Below are positions 25,148 through 33,585 of a stretch of 37,631 bases of DNA, piece after piece; position 1 is the stretch's first letter, and every line of letters starts with the position of its first letter. Source of the stretch: a virus (taxonomy: Duplodnaviria; Caudoviricetes); IMG/VR virus record IMGVR_UViG_3300011338_000631, positions 1-37,631 of that record; one strand, 5' to 3'. The position numbers were made by a program, and so were the translations under genes. Below the pieces are notes generated by a model. It saw nothing but the letters and a program-made list of their open reading frames with translations. It did not search any database and was not told where the DNA came from.

Positions 25148-25165
25148 GTTGCACCTCCTTGATTT

Positions 25166-26130
25166 TTAGTAGCTCGATTCGTATTCCTCAGCACCGCATC
25201 AATACTCTTGCTATTGGCATTGTCGTATGCACAGCGGACCTTAAACTTCACAGCATAGAAGTCTGATAGACCAGTCTCCAGAGGGAAGTCTTCGTAGTAG
25301 GTTCGATACATCCTGAATTCTAGGCTCGAGGTGTATCCACCACCGATGCCAGGACCATTGAGCTTCCAGCTTGCAGCGGACCGATCCAGGCCATAGTATG
25401 CATCTCTCTGAGTAGTACCTTCAAAGTATAGTGAGGCTTCGACAGTTGCTTCAAATTCACCATGATCGATTGAGTCTGGCTCATTGCTACCATGTCGGAA
25501 GTTGGCCACACTGTTATTCTCAATCATCAGCTTGAAGTCATGTGGCTTCAGGTTGGTTGCTGCTAGTGCATCAGCGACTGTAGCACCGAATGCGAAGCGA
25601 GCATCAGCGAAGCTGTAGATACCACCAGAAGCGGTAGTCAAAGATCCTGATGTAGTAGTGACAGGGAAGCGACCGAGCAGATTTGCCTTCGCTTCTACCA
25701 GGCCATCGCTGACACTGAATTCAAGAGACTTGACTACAGTTCCACGATAGTACTGCTTATCCACAGATCCACGAGCCTGAGTGATGGTCATCGTTTGTGG
25801 AGTGTTGCTGTTATTGCGAGTGACAACATGATCATAGACAGAGCCTGCGACATTGGCAGGGGTATCAGTACCGAGTGCTCCGACTAGGAAGTATCCGATA
25901 TTGCGACTATCAGTATTGACCGAGATGTTACCTTCGGACCACTTCTTGCCGATCACAGCATCGAAGACCTTCTCTCGGACTCCATATGCTGCCTCATTAG
26001 TGATAGGCTCTTGCTTGCCTTCCAGAGTATTCTCTGTGAATGGTACATAGTCATCGATAGTCTCAGGACTTCCTGGAGTGCTCTCCAGTGCTATTCCGAT
26101 ATACCCTTTACGACCGATATCTAGTGACAT
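25166..26130 (-). CDS. Tail tube (major tail) protein; apparent 1-nt deletion near 25178 makes the ORF run on to 24979
   Basis: YIGIALESTPG start, VKSLEFS; adding one A gives ...VLRNTKSSY* just before the chaperone RBS. Confidence 0.85.
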
Positions 26131-26169
26131 GATTCATTCTCCTCTATTCGTATTATATTTGAATTCTTA

Positions 26170-26589
26170 CTATTGAATAACTACACAGCTCAGAATAATC
26201 TCGGCCATGCGAGTATTCACCTGCTCTCCTTGCACAAATTGCCAGACACTCGGGATCGGCCGACAGAAGCCACGCCCCTGCAGAGTCGATCCGAGATAGA
26301 TGTCATTGTCAAATTTGCTGATCAGGTCATCCACAATGGTCCTCATGATCCGCTCAGAGGCTTCTTCTCCCTGCTCCATTCGCTCCTGGTAGACACGAAT
26401 TGCAAAGTTATATGTCCGACCATCCCTGGAGGTGTCGGCAAAATAGGTGTCTGAGTTGTCGAGAGGTGTGACTGTAATAGTAGGATAGTGGTCCATTTTG
26501 CTCTTGGCATAATCAAAGACCTGATCAGAATCCACCTCATTGCTTGTCTGGATCACATCGACTATTGCTGCAGATAATTCATTCCACAT
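26170..26589 (-). CDS. Tail terminator/completion protein
   Basis: Position before the tail tube; YPTITV motif. Confidence 0.65.
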   Translation of the reverse strand: MWNELSAAIVDVIQTSNEVDSDQVFDYAKSKMDHYPTITVTPLDNSDTYFADTSRDGRTYNFAIRVYQERMEQGEEASERIMRTIVDDLISKFDNDIYLGSTLQGRGFCRPIPSVWQFVQGEQVNTRMAEIILSCVVIQ

Positions 26590-26590
26590 A

Positions 26591-27076
26591 TCAGAGACCT
26601 CTCCTTCCCATTAGAGCTGACATCAGCTTGTCCATAACCTTATCGAATTGCTCACCGATGTATCCCTGTGAGGCTTCCCATCCAGGCTTGAAGAATGGCT
26701 GTGCTTTTGTACCACGCTTCTCAATGGTCTTGATGATCGGCCAGAGAGCTCCACCAGGTATGCCCTTCTTCTTCATCCATCGCTCGATGGCATCTGAAGG
26801 TGGTGTGTGTGGTCCTGTGCCATGTTCGACATCTGCACCATAGGCTTCCTGGACCGAGACTTCTGCAGTAGGATACTGGACCTCAGCCAGCACTGATCGC
26901 TGCAGAGTACCGAATGCATGTGGAGCTCGAGAGCGAATCTCGCTCTGAGCATGTGTGGATGAGTTTGTCAGGGCAGCAGTCACCAGAGGCTCAGCATTAC
27001 CGCCTGCCTTCTTGATGTCCTGGATCAATTCATTCAATCCCACGATCTCGACATTTGCTGCTATTCCACCACTCAT
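26591..27076 (-). CDS. HK97 gp10-like neck protein
   Basis: EIVGLNEL, APHAFGTLQRS, YGADVEHGT, GTKAQPFF. Confidence 0.85.
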   Translation of the reverse strand: MSGGIAANVEIVGLNELIQDIKKAGGNAEPLVTAALTNSSTHAQSEIRSRAPHAFGTLQRSVLAEVQYPTAEVSVQEAYGADVEHGTGPHTPPSDAIERWMKKKGIPGGALWPIIKTIEKRGTKAQPFFKPGWEASQGYIGEQFDKVMDKLMSALMGRRGL

Positions 27077-27423
27077 CGCTTATCCTTCGTGAGCACTAGC
27101 TCATAATGATCAGGCAGTATGCCATTGTCATGCACCTGCCGACCTCTCACAAAGTATTCCTCACCAGTACCAGAGACAGTCACTTTCATGCCCTCGACCA
27201 CACCAGAAGCCGATGTGTACATGTCAAAGGTCTTGCCGAAGACTCCATCCACCAGGACAGTTGTCTCGGCTGAGGATGGCTGTATGTTGGCTCTGATGGC
27301 AGCAGTAGGTATCTGCCCTGGTCCTACATAGCCAGAGTGTGTGACATACCGCTCCTTATCAATGTCATTTGACTTCTTCTCAAGCCTTGAGATGAATACA
27401 ATCTTGTCGAGTACAGGAGGCAT
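27073..27423 (-). CDS. Head closure/stopper protein
   Basis: Position and size; ANIQP motif. Confidence 0.65.
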   Translation of the reverse strand: MPPVLDKIVFISRLEKKSNDIDKERYVTHSGYVGPGQIPTAAIRANIQPSSAETTVLVDGVFGKTFDMYTSASGVVEGMKVTVSGTGEEYFVRGRQVHDNGILPDHYELVLTKDKR

Positions 27424-28088
27424 CAGATCACCTTCCTGGCATAGCCTCCAGAGTCCAGGATGTCTTCAGCAGCAGAGACCAGTGCAGACTTTGAGCGACC
27501 GCCTGAGTAGCCGAAGCTCATACTGACTCGACCTTGTGTGAAGCTCTGTGCTCCAGTCGGATTGAATTTGCGAGCGACCATATCACGAATGTACAGTGTG
27601 CAGGCTTCCTTGAGATCCTCTGGAAGATCTGCAATGTCTGTGGCATAGCCTCCTGTGTAGTCGATCTCATAGAAGAGATCTGAGCTGTCCAGGTGAAGCA
27701 AGCCTCGGCCCATGCTTATCAGATAATTGCTCGGATAGATCAGGTATGTGGATGGCTTTGGAATAAAGTAGTATCGATCGCTGCCACTCTCAAGAGTCAA
27801 GCTCTGACTCATGCCGACACCGACAAGCCGAATTGCACTGACATCACCATCGGCCACTGGCCTTCGCCTGAAGCTGATAGTGAGATCACCATTCGGGGAG
27901 ATCTGAGCTCGCTCTCGCTCATTGGTCACAGCCATCTTGAAGAAGCCATCGACATCACAATAGTTCGTGATGATCTTGGAGGCACGAGATATCATCCCTG
28001 ATATAGTGGCCTGGCTGAAGGTAGACAGGTCAAGATCAGGAGCATATGATTCGAGTTCTGTTTGTGTGATTAGATTCTCTGCCATCAT
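27423..28088 (-). CDS. Head-tail connector/adaptor protein
   Basis: ISRASKIITNYC, IDYTGGY...LPEDLKEAC, SFTQGRVSMSF. Confidence 0.8.
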   Translation of the reverse strand: MMAENLITQTELESYAPDLDLSTFSQATISGMISRASKIITNYCDVDGFFKMAVTNERERAQISPNGDLTISFRRRPVADGDVSAIRLVGVGMSQSLTLESGSDRYYFIPKPSTYLIYPSNYLISMGRGLLHLDSSDLFYEIDYTGGYATDIADLPEDLKEACTLYIRDMVARKFNPTGAQSFTQGRVSMSFGYSGGRSKSALVSAAEDILDSGGYARKVI

Positions 28089-28118
28089 GCCCTCTCTGTT
28101 TTCATTATAGCTCAGAGT

Positions 28119-28145
28119 ACTCCCCTCCATAGATTGAAGGGGAGT
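28119..28145 (-). terminator. Stem-loop after the capsid gene
   Basis: ACTCCCCTTC-AATCTAT-GGAGGGGAGT; no U-tract, so possibly a stabiliser or partial terminator. Confidence 0.45.
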
Positions 28146-28161
28146 CGCTCTAGGCTACAGA

Positions 28162-29145
28162 TTAGGATGTAGCTAGGCCACCGATTTTGTACTGGAATGG
28201 CTCACCGATCACCTTCAGTACTGTGGTCTCGAAGACACGAGATTGAATACTGTGGTTAGCGGTAGGCACATCGTAGATCGATAGAGTTTCGAGGTCACTC
28301 ATCTCGATCCAGTTTTCACCAGCAGCGGAGCGGACTGACAACAGGAAGGCCCATGATGCAGCATAGCGACTAGTCACTACTTTGATCAGGTTTCCAGTGT
28401 TACCATCCACGATGTTTGCAAGGTGTTGGCCACCAGTTGCAGCACCTTGATTGTCGATGACAATACGCTGGATGCTTCCACTTCCTTCAAGTTGATCACT
28501 CAATGCACGATTCTGGCGAGGGTTCAAGACCAGGTGAGACACCAGGTCAGCACCATTCTGGAAGAGAGTCTGAGCATAGTTGCTCACACCTGAAGCGGTC
28601 AATAGACCAGCACTTCCTGAGTTGGTGGTGATGAGCTTGCTGAAGCCTGAGTACTCTGTGCTGTACAGAGCAGCATCACCAGTGAGAGTCATCACTTCCT
28701 CACCGAGCAAGACCTCTGTGGTCTTGATAAGCTCTTCACGAGCTCGGATGTCTTCCAGGTTGCTACCACGATTGGCAGCGATTTGCTGGCGACCGATCTC
28801 CACATCACGACCGAGGTTCTTGTATGGATATGAAACGAATTCATATGTCTGAGTCGTTTGTGAAGGCTGACCAGCATCAGCGAAGCCGACACGAGTACCA
28901 GTACCAGTTGCGGTAGGATCGACTTTGCTTGTTAGTTTGTTAAAAGATGCAGCTTCTCCCATGCCACCGACACGAGGAATGAATCCCCTTACTGGAGTTG
29001 CTGTAGGTACTACAGTCTTGACTACTGGATCAAGATTCTCTGGTGAGTATATTGATCGGTCACTTGGACTGAATGAATATGTGCTTTGAGTTACTGCCTT
29101 GCGGATCTCATCTTGCACGAGTTGAGCGATTTGATTTGCTTCCAT
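28162..29145 (-). CDS. Major capsid protein
   Basis: 327 aa after the protease/scaffold; ENLDP...TPVRGFIPR, EE..LTGD, YSGFSKLI. Confidence 0.85.
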   Translation of the reverse strand: MEANQIAQLVQDEIRKAVTQSTYSFSPSDRSIYSPENLDPVVKTVVPTATPVRGFIPRVGGMGEAASFNKLTSKVDPTATGTGTRVGFADAGQPSQTTQTYEFVSYPYKNLGRDVEIGRQQIAANRGSNLEDIRAREELIKTTEVLLGEEVMTLTGDAALYSTEYSGFSKLITTNSGSAGLLTASGVSNYAQTLFQNGADLVSHLVLNPRQNRALSDQLEGSGSIQRIVIDNQGAATGGQHLANIVDGNTGNLIKVVTSRYAASWAFLLSVRSAAGENWIEMSDLETLSIYDVPTANHSIQSRVFETTVLKVIGEPFQYKIGGLATS

Positions 29146-29198
29146 CTGAAAACTACTTTCTCTGCACCTCAATAAAATTGACTATTGAATATCTACCA

Positions 29199-30875
29199 CT
29201 ATCCTCTGAAGCTGGCTCGGACCTCAGCATGCTTCTGTCGAGATGCTGGATCAAGCAGGCGAGAATACTTTCGGAGCTTGAATGCGACCTGGAGTCGCTC
29301 TTCGTGAGTGCCTGCATTTGGATCTGCAGCCAGTTCATCAGCTCGCTTCAAGAGAGTATCCATCTCTGCTTTGTTCTTGCCTTCCTCAGAGTCAGGACTT
29401 GGAGTGTTTGAATCTTCCACTTCCTCTCCCTTCTTCACTGTATAGGTCTTGCGGACTTTGGATGCAGCAGGCTGCTTCTTCAGTTGCTCGATCTCCTCTT
29501 TTAGAGGTGTGACTGATTTCTCAATCAGAGCCTCTACTCCAGACAGGATCGACTTTGCAAGATCGCTCTCACCAGTGGACTTCTTCAGGGTAGCTTTAGG
29601 AGCAAATTTCTTGCCCTTGCCACCTTTGCCAGATTTGTCTTCATCGGCAGCAGGAGTCTCTGGCTCTTCTTCCTCTGCATCTTCAGGTGTTTCGACTTCT
29701 TCATCTTCGACAGCATCTTCTTCGGTCTCGACTGCTTCGCCATCTTCATCGACTTCGACAAGCTCTTCGCCTTCAGCATTGACAAGAGGCTGCTTGACAG
29801 TCTGCTTCTCGCCAGTTGGCTTGCCTTCATCATCCAGTACATCCTGCTCGACTTCAGCACCAGCTACAGGTACACCTGCTTCTGCTGCTCGCTCCTCAGT
29901 GTCGTTTACAGGTCGGCCATTATCTTCGGCTGATACGACTACATTTGCATCCGCATCACGATCTTCCTGACCAGTTACTGATTTTGCTCGATCTCGTACC
30001 TGATTAGACATTTTGACTAGCTCCTCGCTCTTCTTAATATTTAATGCTTTGGCAGCATTCTCGATTGCATCCTCATAATCGGGGAAGTTTTCAGGCTCGA
30101 GAATTTCTTCGGCTGCTGCTGCTTGGATAGCTTCGAGGGCAGACTTCAGAGCGGAGAGATCCTTCTCACCATCATATGATTGCCAGAAAATATAGTCTGA
30201 CAAGCACATGGCAAGGTCAGCGAGCATAGCTCCTTCCCATAGACTCTTGGCGATCGTATCTTGTTTGCCCATACTATTTTCATTGTAGACCATAACTGAG
30301 CCCTTCATAATGTTTTGAGAATCAGAGAATTTGTATAGCTTCTCCCACCACGCCACAGGCCGATGAGATTTCTCGAATGATTCCTCGTGGACCAGGTTGC
30401 CATCTTTTGACTTCACGATCTGGAATGTAGCTGAAGCGACTGCAGGATTATCCACAAGAGATGTCTCACCGAGATCATAGTCGGTGATCACATTGACCAT
30501 CTTCTTTTTGCCATCGATCATCATCTGCTGCATCTTGGCATCATTGACTCGGCCACCGATACTGAATCCAGCAAGCACACCCTCTTTGACTTTGATCCAG
30601 GCATTCTCTCCATCGGTCGATTCGGATATGTGAGCACCGATCCAGACACCCTTCGCATCATCATCGAATTCAATCTCAAGAGCCTTGCCGACTGCGATAT
30701 CCTGATGCATCTCTCGGATGTTGCCGATCCAGTTGCTGAATGCCTTCTTGCTGGCTTCATAGGTGATGATCTCGCCATGAGAATCGAGCTCTTCGACAGT
30801 GGCATATCCATATACCATTCGCTGCTCTTCATCGACTTTAGTGATCGGGATCGTTACATGTAGTGGCTTCTTCAT
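29199..30875 (-). CDS. Prohead protease (XkdF/HK97-like) fused to an acidic scaffold region
   Basis: KVDEEQRMVYGYA, NIREMH, GVLAGFSIGG, ETSLVDNPA; long E/D-rich tract. Confidence 0.88.
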   Translation of the reverse strand: MKKPLHVTIPITKVDEEQRMVYGYATVEELDSHGEIITYEASKKAFSNWIGNIREMHQDIAVGKALEIEFDDDAKGVWIGAHISESTDGENAWIKVKEGVLAGFSIGGRVNDAKMQQMMIDGKKKMVNVITDYDLGETSLVDNPAVASATFQIVKSKDGNLVHEESFEKSHRPVAWWEKLYKFSDSQNIMKGSVMVYNENSMGKQDTIAKSLWEGAMLADLAMCLSDYIFWQSYDGEKDLSALKSALEAIQAAAAEEILEPENFPDYEDAIENAAKALNIKKSEELVKMSNQVRDRAKSVTGQEDRDADANVVVSAEDNGRPVNDTEERAAEAGVPVAGAEVEQDVLDDEGKPTGEKQTVKQPLVNAEGEELVEVDEDGEAVETEEDAVEDEEVETPEDAEEEEPETPAADEDKSGKGGKGKKFAPKATLKKSTGESDLAKSILSGVEALIEKSVTPLKEEIEQLKKQPAASKVRKTYTVKKGEEVEDSNTPSPDSEEGKNKAEMDTLLKRADELAADPNAGTHEERLQVAFKLRKYSRLLDPASRQKHAEVRASFRG

Positions 30876-31023
30876 TGTTTATACCTCTATTTGAATTATA
30901 ACTGCTGGAATCATTCTCAATAATCACAAGCCTTCGACAGATCTCATGCATCACAGCATGAATGCGAGCATCGGTCCGCTCAAAGAGGGCATCGACTTCC
31001 GCTTCAAGCTCACCTCGCTCCAT
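30838..31023 (-). CDS. Small hypothetical protein (61 aa)
   Basis: MERGELEAEVDALF... fills the MuF-protease gap. Confidence 0.45.
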   Translation of the reverse strand: MERGELEAEVDALFERTDARIHAVMHEICRRLVIIENDSSSYNSNRGINNEEATTCNDPDH

Positions 31024-31024
31024 G

Positions 31025-31867
31025 TCATGAGCCATCCCACAGGACATCAATCGAATCGAGATCGATCTCTTCTCCTGCATCCTCATAACACTCACAGCCT
31101 GGATGTCCAGGAGGAGTCTCATCACCAGACTCGAATGTATCCTTGACTGGTATCGGACCTTGATCCTCATTGCCCTGGCAGATGCTGCAGGTATTCGGAC
31201 CAGCTCCCACCCATTGCTTTGTCGGCACACCATTCTCCACGAGGAAGGCTTGCTGTGCTGAGCTCATAGCTTGATTGGCTTCAGTGTTTGCGATCATGAA
31301 TGCACGAGTCTCAGAGATGCCCTCGAATTCATCAGCGATAATGTTGGCCAGCTCATCGATCGTGGTCATGTTGGTCCTAGTATCTCGGATCAGATTGATC
31401 ATGCGACTGCGAGTGGTCTCATCGATAGAGCTTTTGTGCAGCAGATAATTTGCCTGATCAGCCAGAGCATCGAGATAGTATTGATTGGTCAGCTCGAATG
31501 TCACGAATGGATCTGCAGCCTTCTGCAGTTTGATCCCTTGCCTTTGATAGAAGCTCTCCACTGAATAGGTGAATGCCTGGACCAGCACAGCAATGATGTC
31601 CTTCTCCTTGAGGTATTTGGAGATCGGCTTTTGATTGTCTTCCACCCATGAGCTGACTCGCTTATCATCGAATTCTTCATCGGTGATCATCCACTTCGGC
31701 AGCTTCTTGGTCATGTCTTTGACTTGATCGAGGATGCCATCAGCAATAGACCGCTCGAAGTCTTTGTATTCTTCGGTGGTCCTGAATGCCTCTAGTGGCT
31801 CATTCTTCTTGCTGGCTTTGTGAATAAAAGTATCGACTGCTGCAGATAGTCGCTGCAGCTTGTTCAT
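31025..31867 (-). CDS. Phage head morphogenesis protein (MuF/SPP1 gp7-like)
   Basis: RAFMIANTE, KQW, CSIC..N, PPGHPGCEC. Confidence 0.9.
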   Translation of the reverse strand: MNKLQRLSAAVDTFIHKASKKNEPLEAFRTTEEYKDFERSIADGILDQVKDMTKKLPKWMITDEEFDDKRVSSWVEDNQKPISKYLKEKDIIAVLVQAFTYSVESFYQRQGIKLQKAADPFVTFELTNQYYLDALADQANYLLHKSSIDETTRSRMINLIRDTRTNMTTIDELANIIADEFEGISETRAFMIANTEANQAMSSAQQAFLVENGVPTKQWVGAGPNTCSICQGNEDQGPIPVKDTFESGDETPPGHPGCECYEDAGEEIDLDSIDVLWDGS

Positions 31868-33573
31868 ACTACTTTGCTCAAGCTCTTTCGGAGGTTGGTG
31901 ACTTCGGCCAGGAATTGTACCTGATAATCAGCCATGTAGTCTTTGAAGATGGAGCGGACCTCATCAGCATCTGCAGCTTTGCTGAGCTTGGTATTCATCT
32001 CATCCACTACATTCTGAGGCAGGACTTCAGACTTGAATGCTCGAAGCGATTTGCCAGCCTTCTTGCGATTGACTGCATACTTGCGGAATGCTCGAAGCTC
32101 AGTGACTAGCTGGATATGATTCTGCTCGGCCGACTTCTCCTTCTGATCTGCAGGTACATCGCCATCAGCAGGCTTGTCTTCCTTCGGATCTTCAGGCTCT
32201 TCCTCTTCTTCTTTGCCACCCTGAGAGGCTAGGGAAGTGAGAGCTGCAGCAGCATCGGCCCTGCTCTTCTGAGAATCAGGATCAATGAATGTAGGATTGC
32301 CGAGCACGAATGGTTTGTCTACACCGAGAGGCTTGAGACCTTGCTCCATTCGGACCTCATCGACAGTAGCTTGACCAGATCGGATGCGGATCTCATTGGT
32401 CTCTGCAGTACCACGCTCATCAGTGAATTCCAGACCAGTGTATTTGAAGGCCAGATTCTCGAAGCCCATGTCTGTCTGGATGACATCAGTGAAGATCTCC
32501 TGGAAGAATTCTGCCAGTGGCTTCAGGCCACTATTGAATCCGATGTCCTGCTGGACCTCGCCTGTCGATTTGTTCACAGTGTCAGTGAAGCCGAGCTCAT
32601 TCGGTTGGATCTCGAATAGCATGCAGGTCTTCATCATCAGCCATTCCTGGAGCTCTTTGTATCGCATGTCTTCTGGCTTGACTGCTGGAGTGTAGCCAGT
32701 AGCACCCTTGCCAGATGGCACGAATTTGAGCTTGCTCATGGCACGAGTATCGCCAGAGAGTGCTGCATCCCATAGAGCCTGAAATTCTTTGATCTGATCT
32801 GGTGTCCAGTTTTCAGGTACACCGAAGAAGCCCTCTGGAATGTTGCCTTCTGTGAGCAGGTGGACATTGTAGATGTCTGACTTCAGAGCAGCCGACACAC
32901 CGAGTACCAGGCTCTCCAGTGGAGCAAGGCCATATGGTGTATAGGTCCGAGCATTCATCATCTCGTAGTACATCTCATCGGCTGTGAATTCAGCGACAGT
33001 CTTGCCATGAATGATCTGCTTGTATGCAGTATCAGGAGGCATAGGAGTGCCACCATTCTCATCGAGCTCAAGCACGATTGTTGCTGCATCTACAGGCTCG
33101 AGAGCATATAGACCACCACCCACATTCGGTCGCTTGTAGAGGGCCATTGCATCCAGGACCAGAAGATCATCCACGAGGGTATCAATGAATTCCCTGAAGC
33201 GGACCTTGTAGCCACCGATCGATTTGAAGTCCTTCTTGACCTGCTTGATAATTGCTGAGTTGTCTGTTTCGTCATCGGTCTCGGCATTCACGATATCCCA
33301 TTCAAGAGCATTGAGCTGTCGCTTCCTGCGATTGATGGCTGCACGAGCCACATCATACTGGACCGAGAATCGCCTCAGTGTTGCGAAGTCTATGCCATTT
33401 GTAGAGCCAGGCTTTGTCCTTCCTGAAGGATAAGCATTGCTGAATGGCAAGCGATCCCGAAGCACTGCCTGCATCCCTGCAGGATTGCCATTGTCGGCCT
33501 TTGCCATGTCTGTTAGATACCCTGCCAGTGGCTTGAGTACCAGTCGAGTATATGCATCTTTTGCGAATCCCAT
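31864..33573 (-). CDS. Portal protein
   Basis: LEPVDAATI, YGLAPLES, EGNIPEG, FEIQPNELG, TVDEVRMEQGLKP. Confidence 0.92.
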   Translation of the reverse strand: MGFAKDAYTRLVLKPLAGYLTDMAKADNGNPAGMQAVLRDRLPFSNAYPSGRTKPGSTNGIDFATLRRFSVQYDVARAAINRRKRQLNALEWDIVNAETDDETDNSAIIKQVKKDFKSIGGYKVRFREFIDTLVDDLLVLDAMALYKRPNVGGGLYALEPVDAATIVLELDENGGTPMPPDTAYKQIIHGKTVAEFTADEMYYEMMNARTYTPYGLAPLESLVLGVSAALKSDIYNVHLLTEGNIPEGFFGVPENWTPDQIKEFQALWDAALSGDTRAMSKLKFVPSGKGATGYTPAVKPEDMRYKELQEWLMMKTCMLFEIQPNELGFTDTVNKSTGEVQQDIGFNSGLKPLAEFFQEIFTDVIQTDMGFENLAFKYTGLEFTDERGTAETNEIRIRSGQATVDEVRMEQGLKPLGVDKPFVLGNPTFIDPDSQKSRADAAAALTSLASQGGKEEEEEPEDPKEDKPADGDVPADQKEKSAEQNHIQLVTELRAFRKYAVNRKKAGKSLRAFKSEVLPQNVVDEMNTKLSKAADADEVRSIFKDYMADYQVQFLAEVTNLRKSLSKVV

Positions 33574-33585
33574 CGATATTCCTTC

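Noticed and set aside
29449-29970. Ser-rich plus-strand ORF (173 aa)
   Set aside because: Antisense reflection of the Glu/Asp-rich scaffold tract
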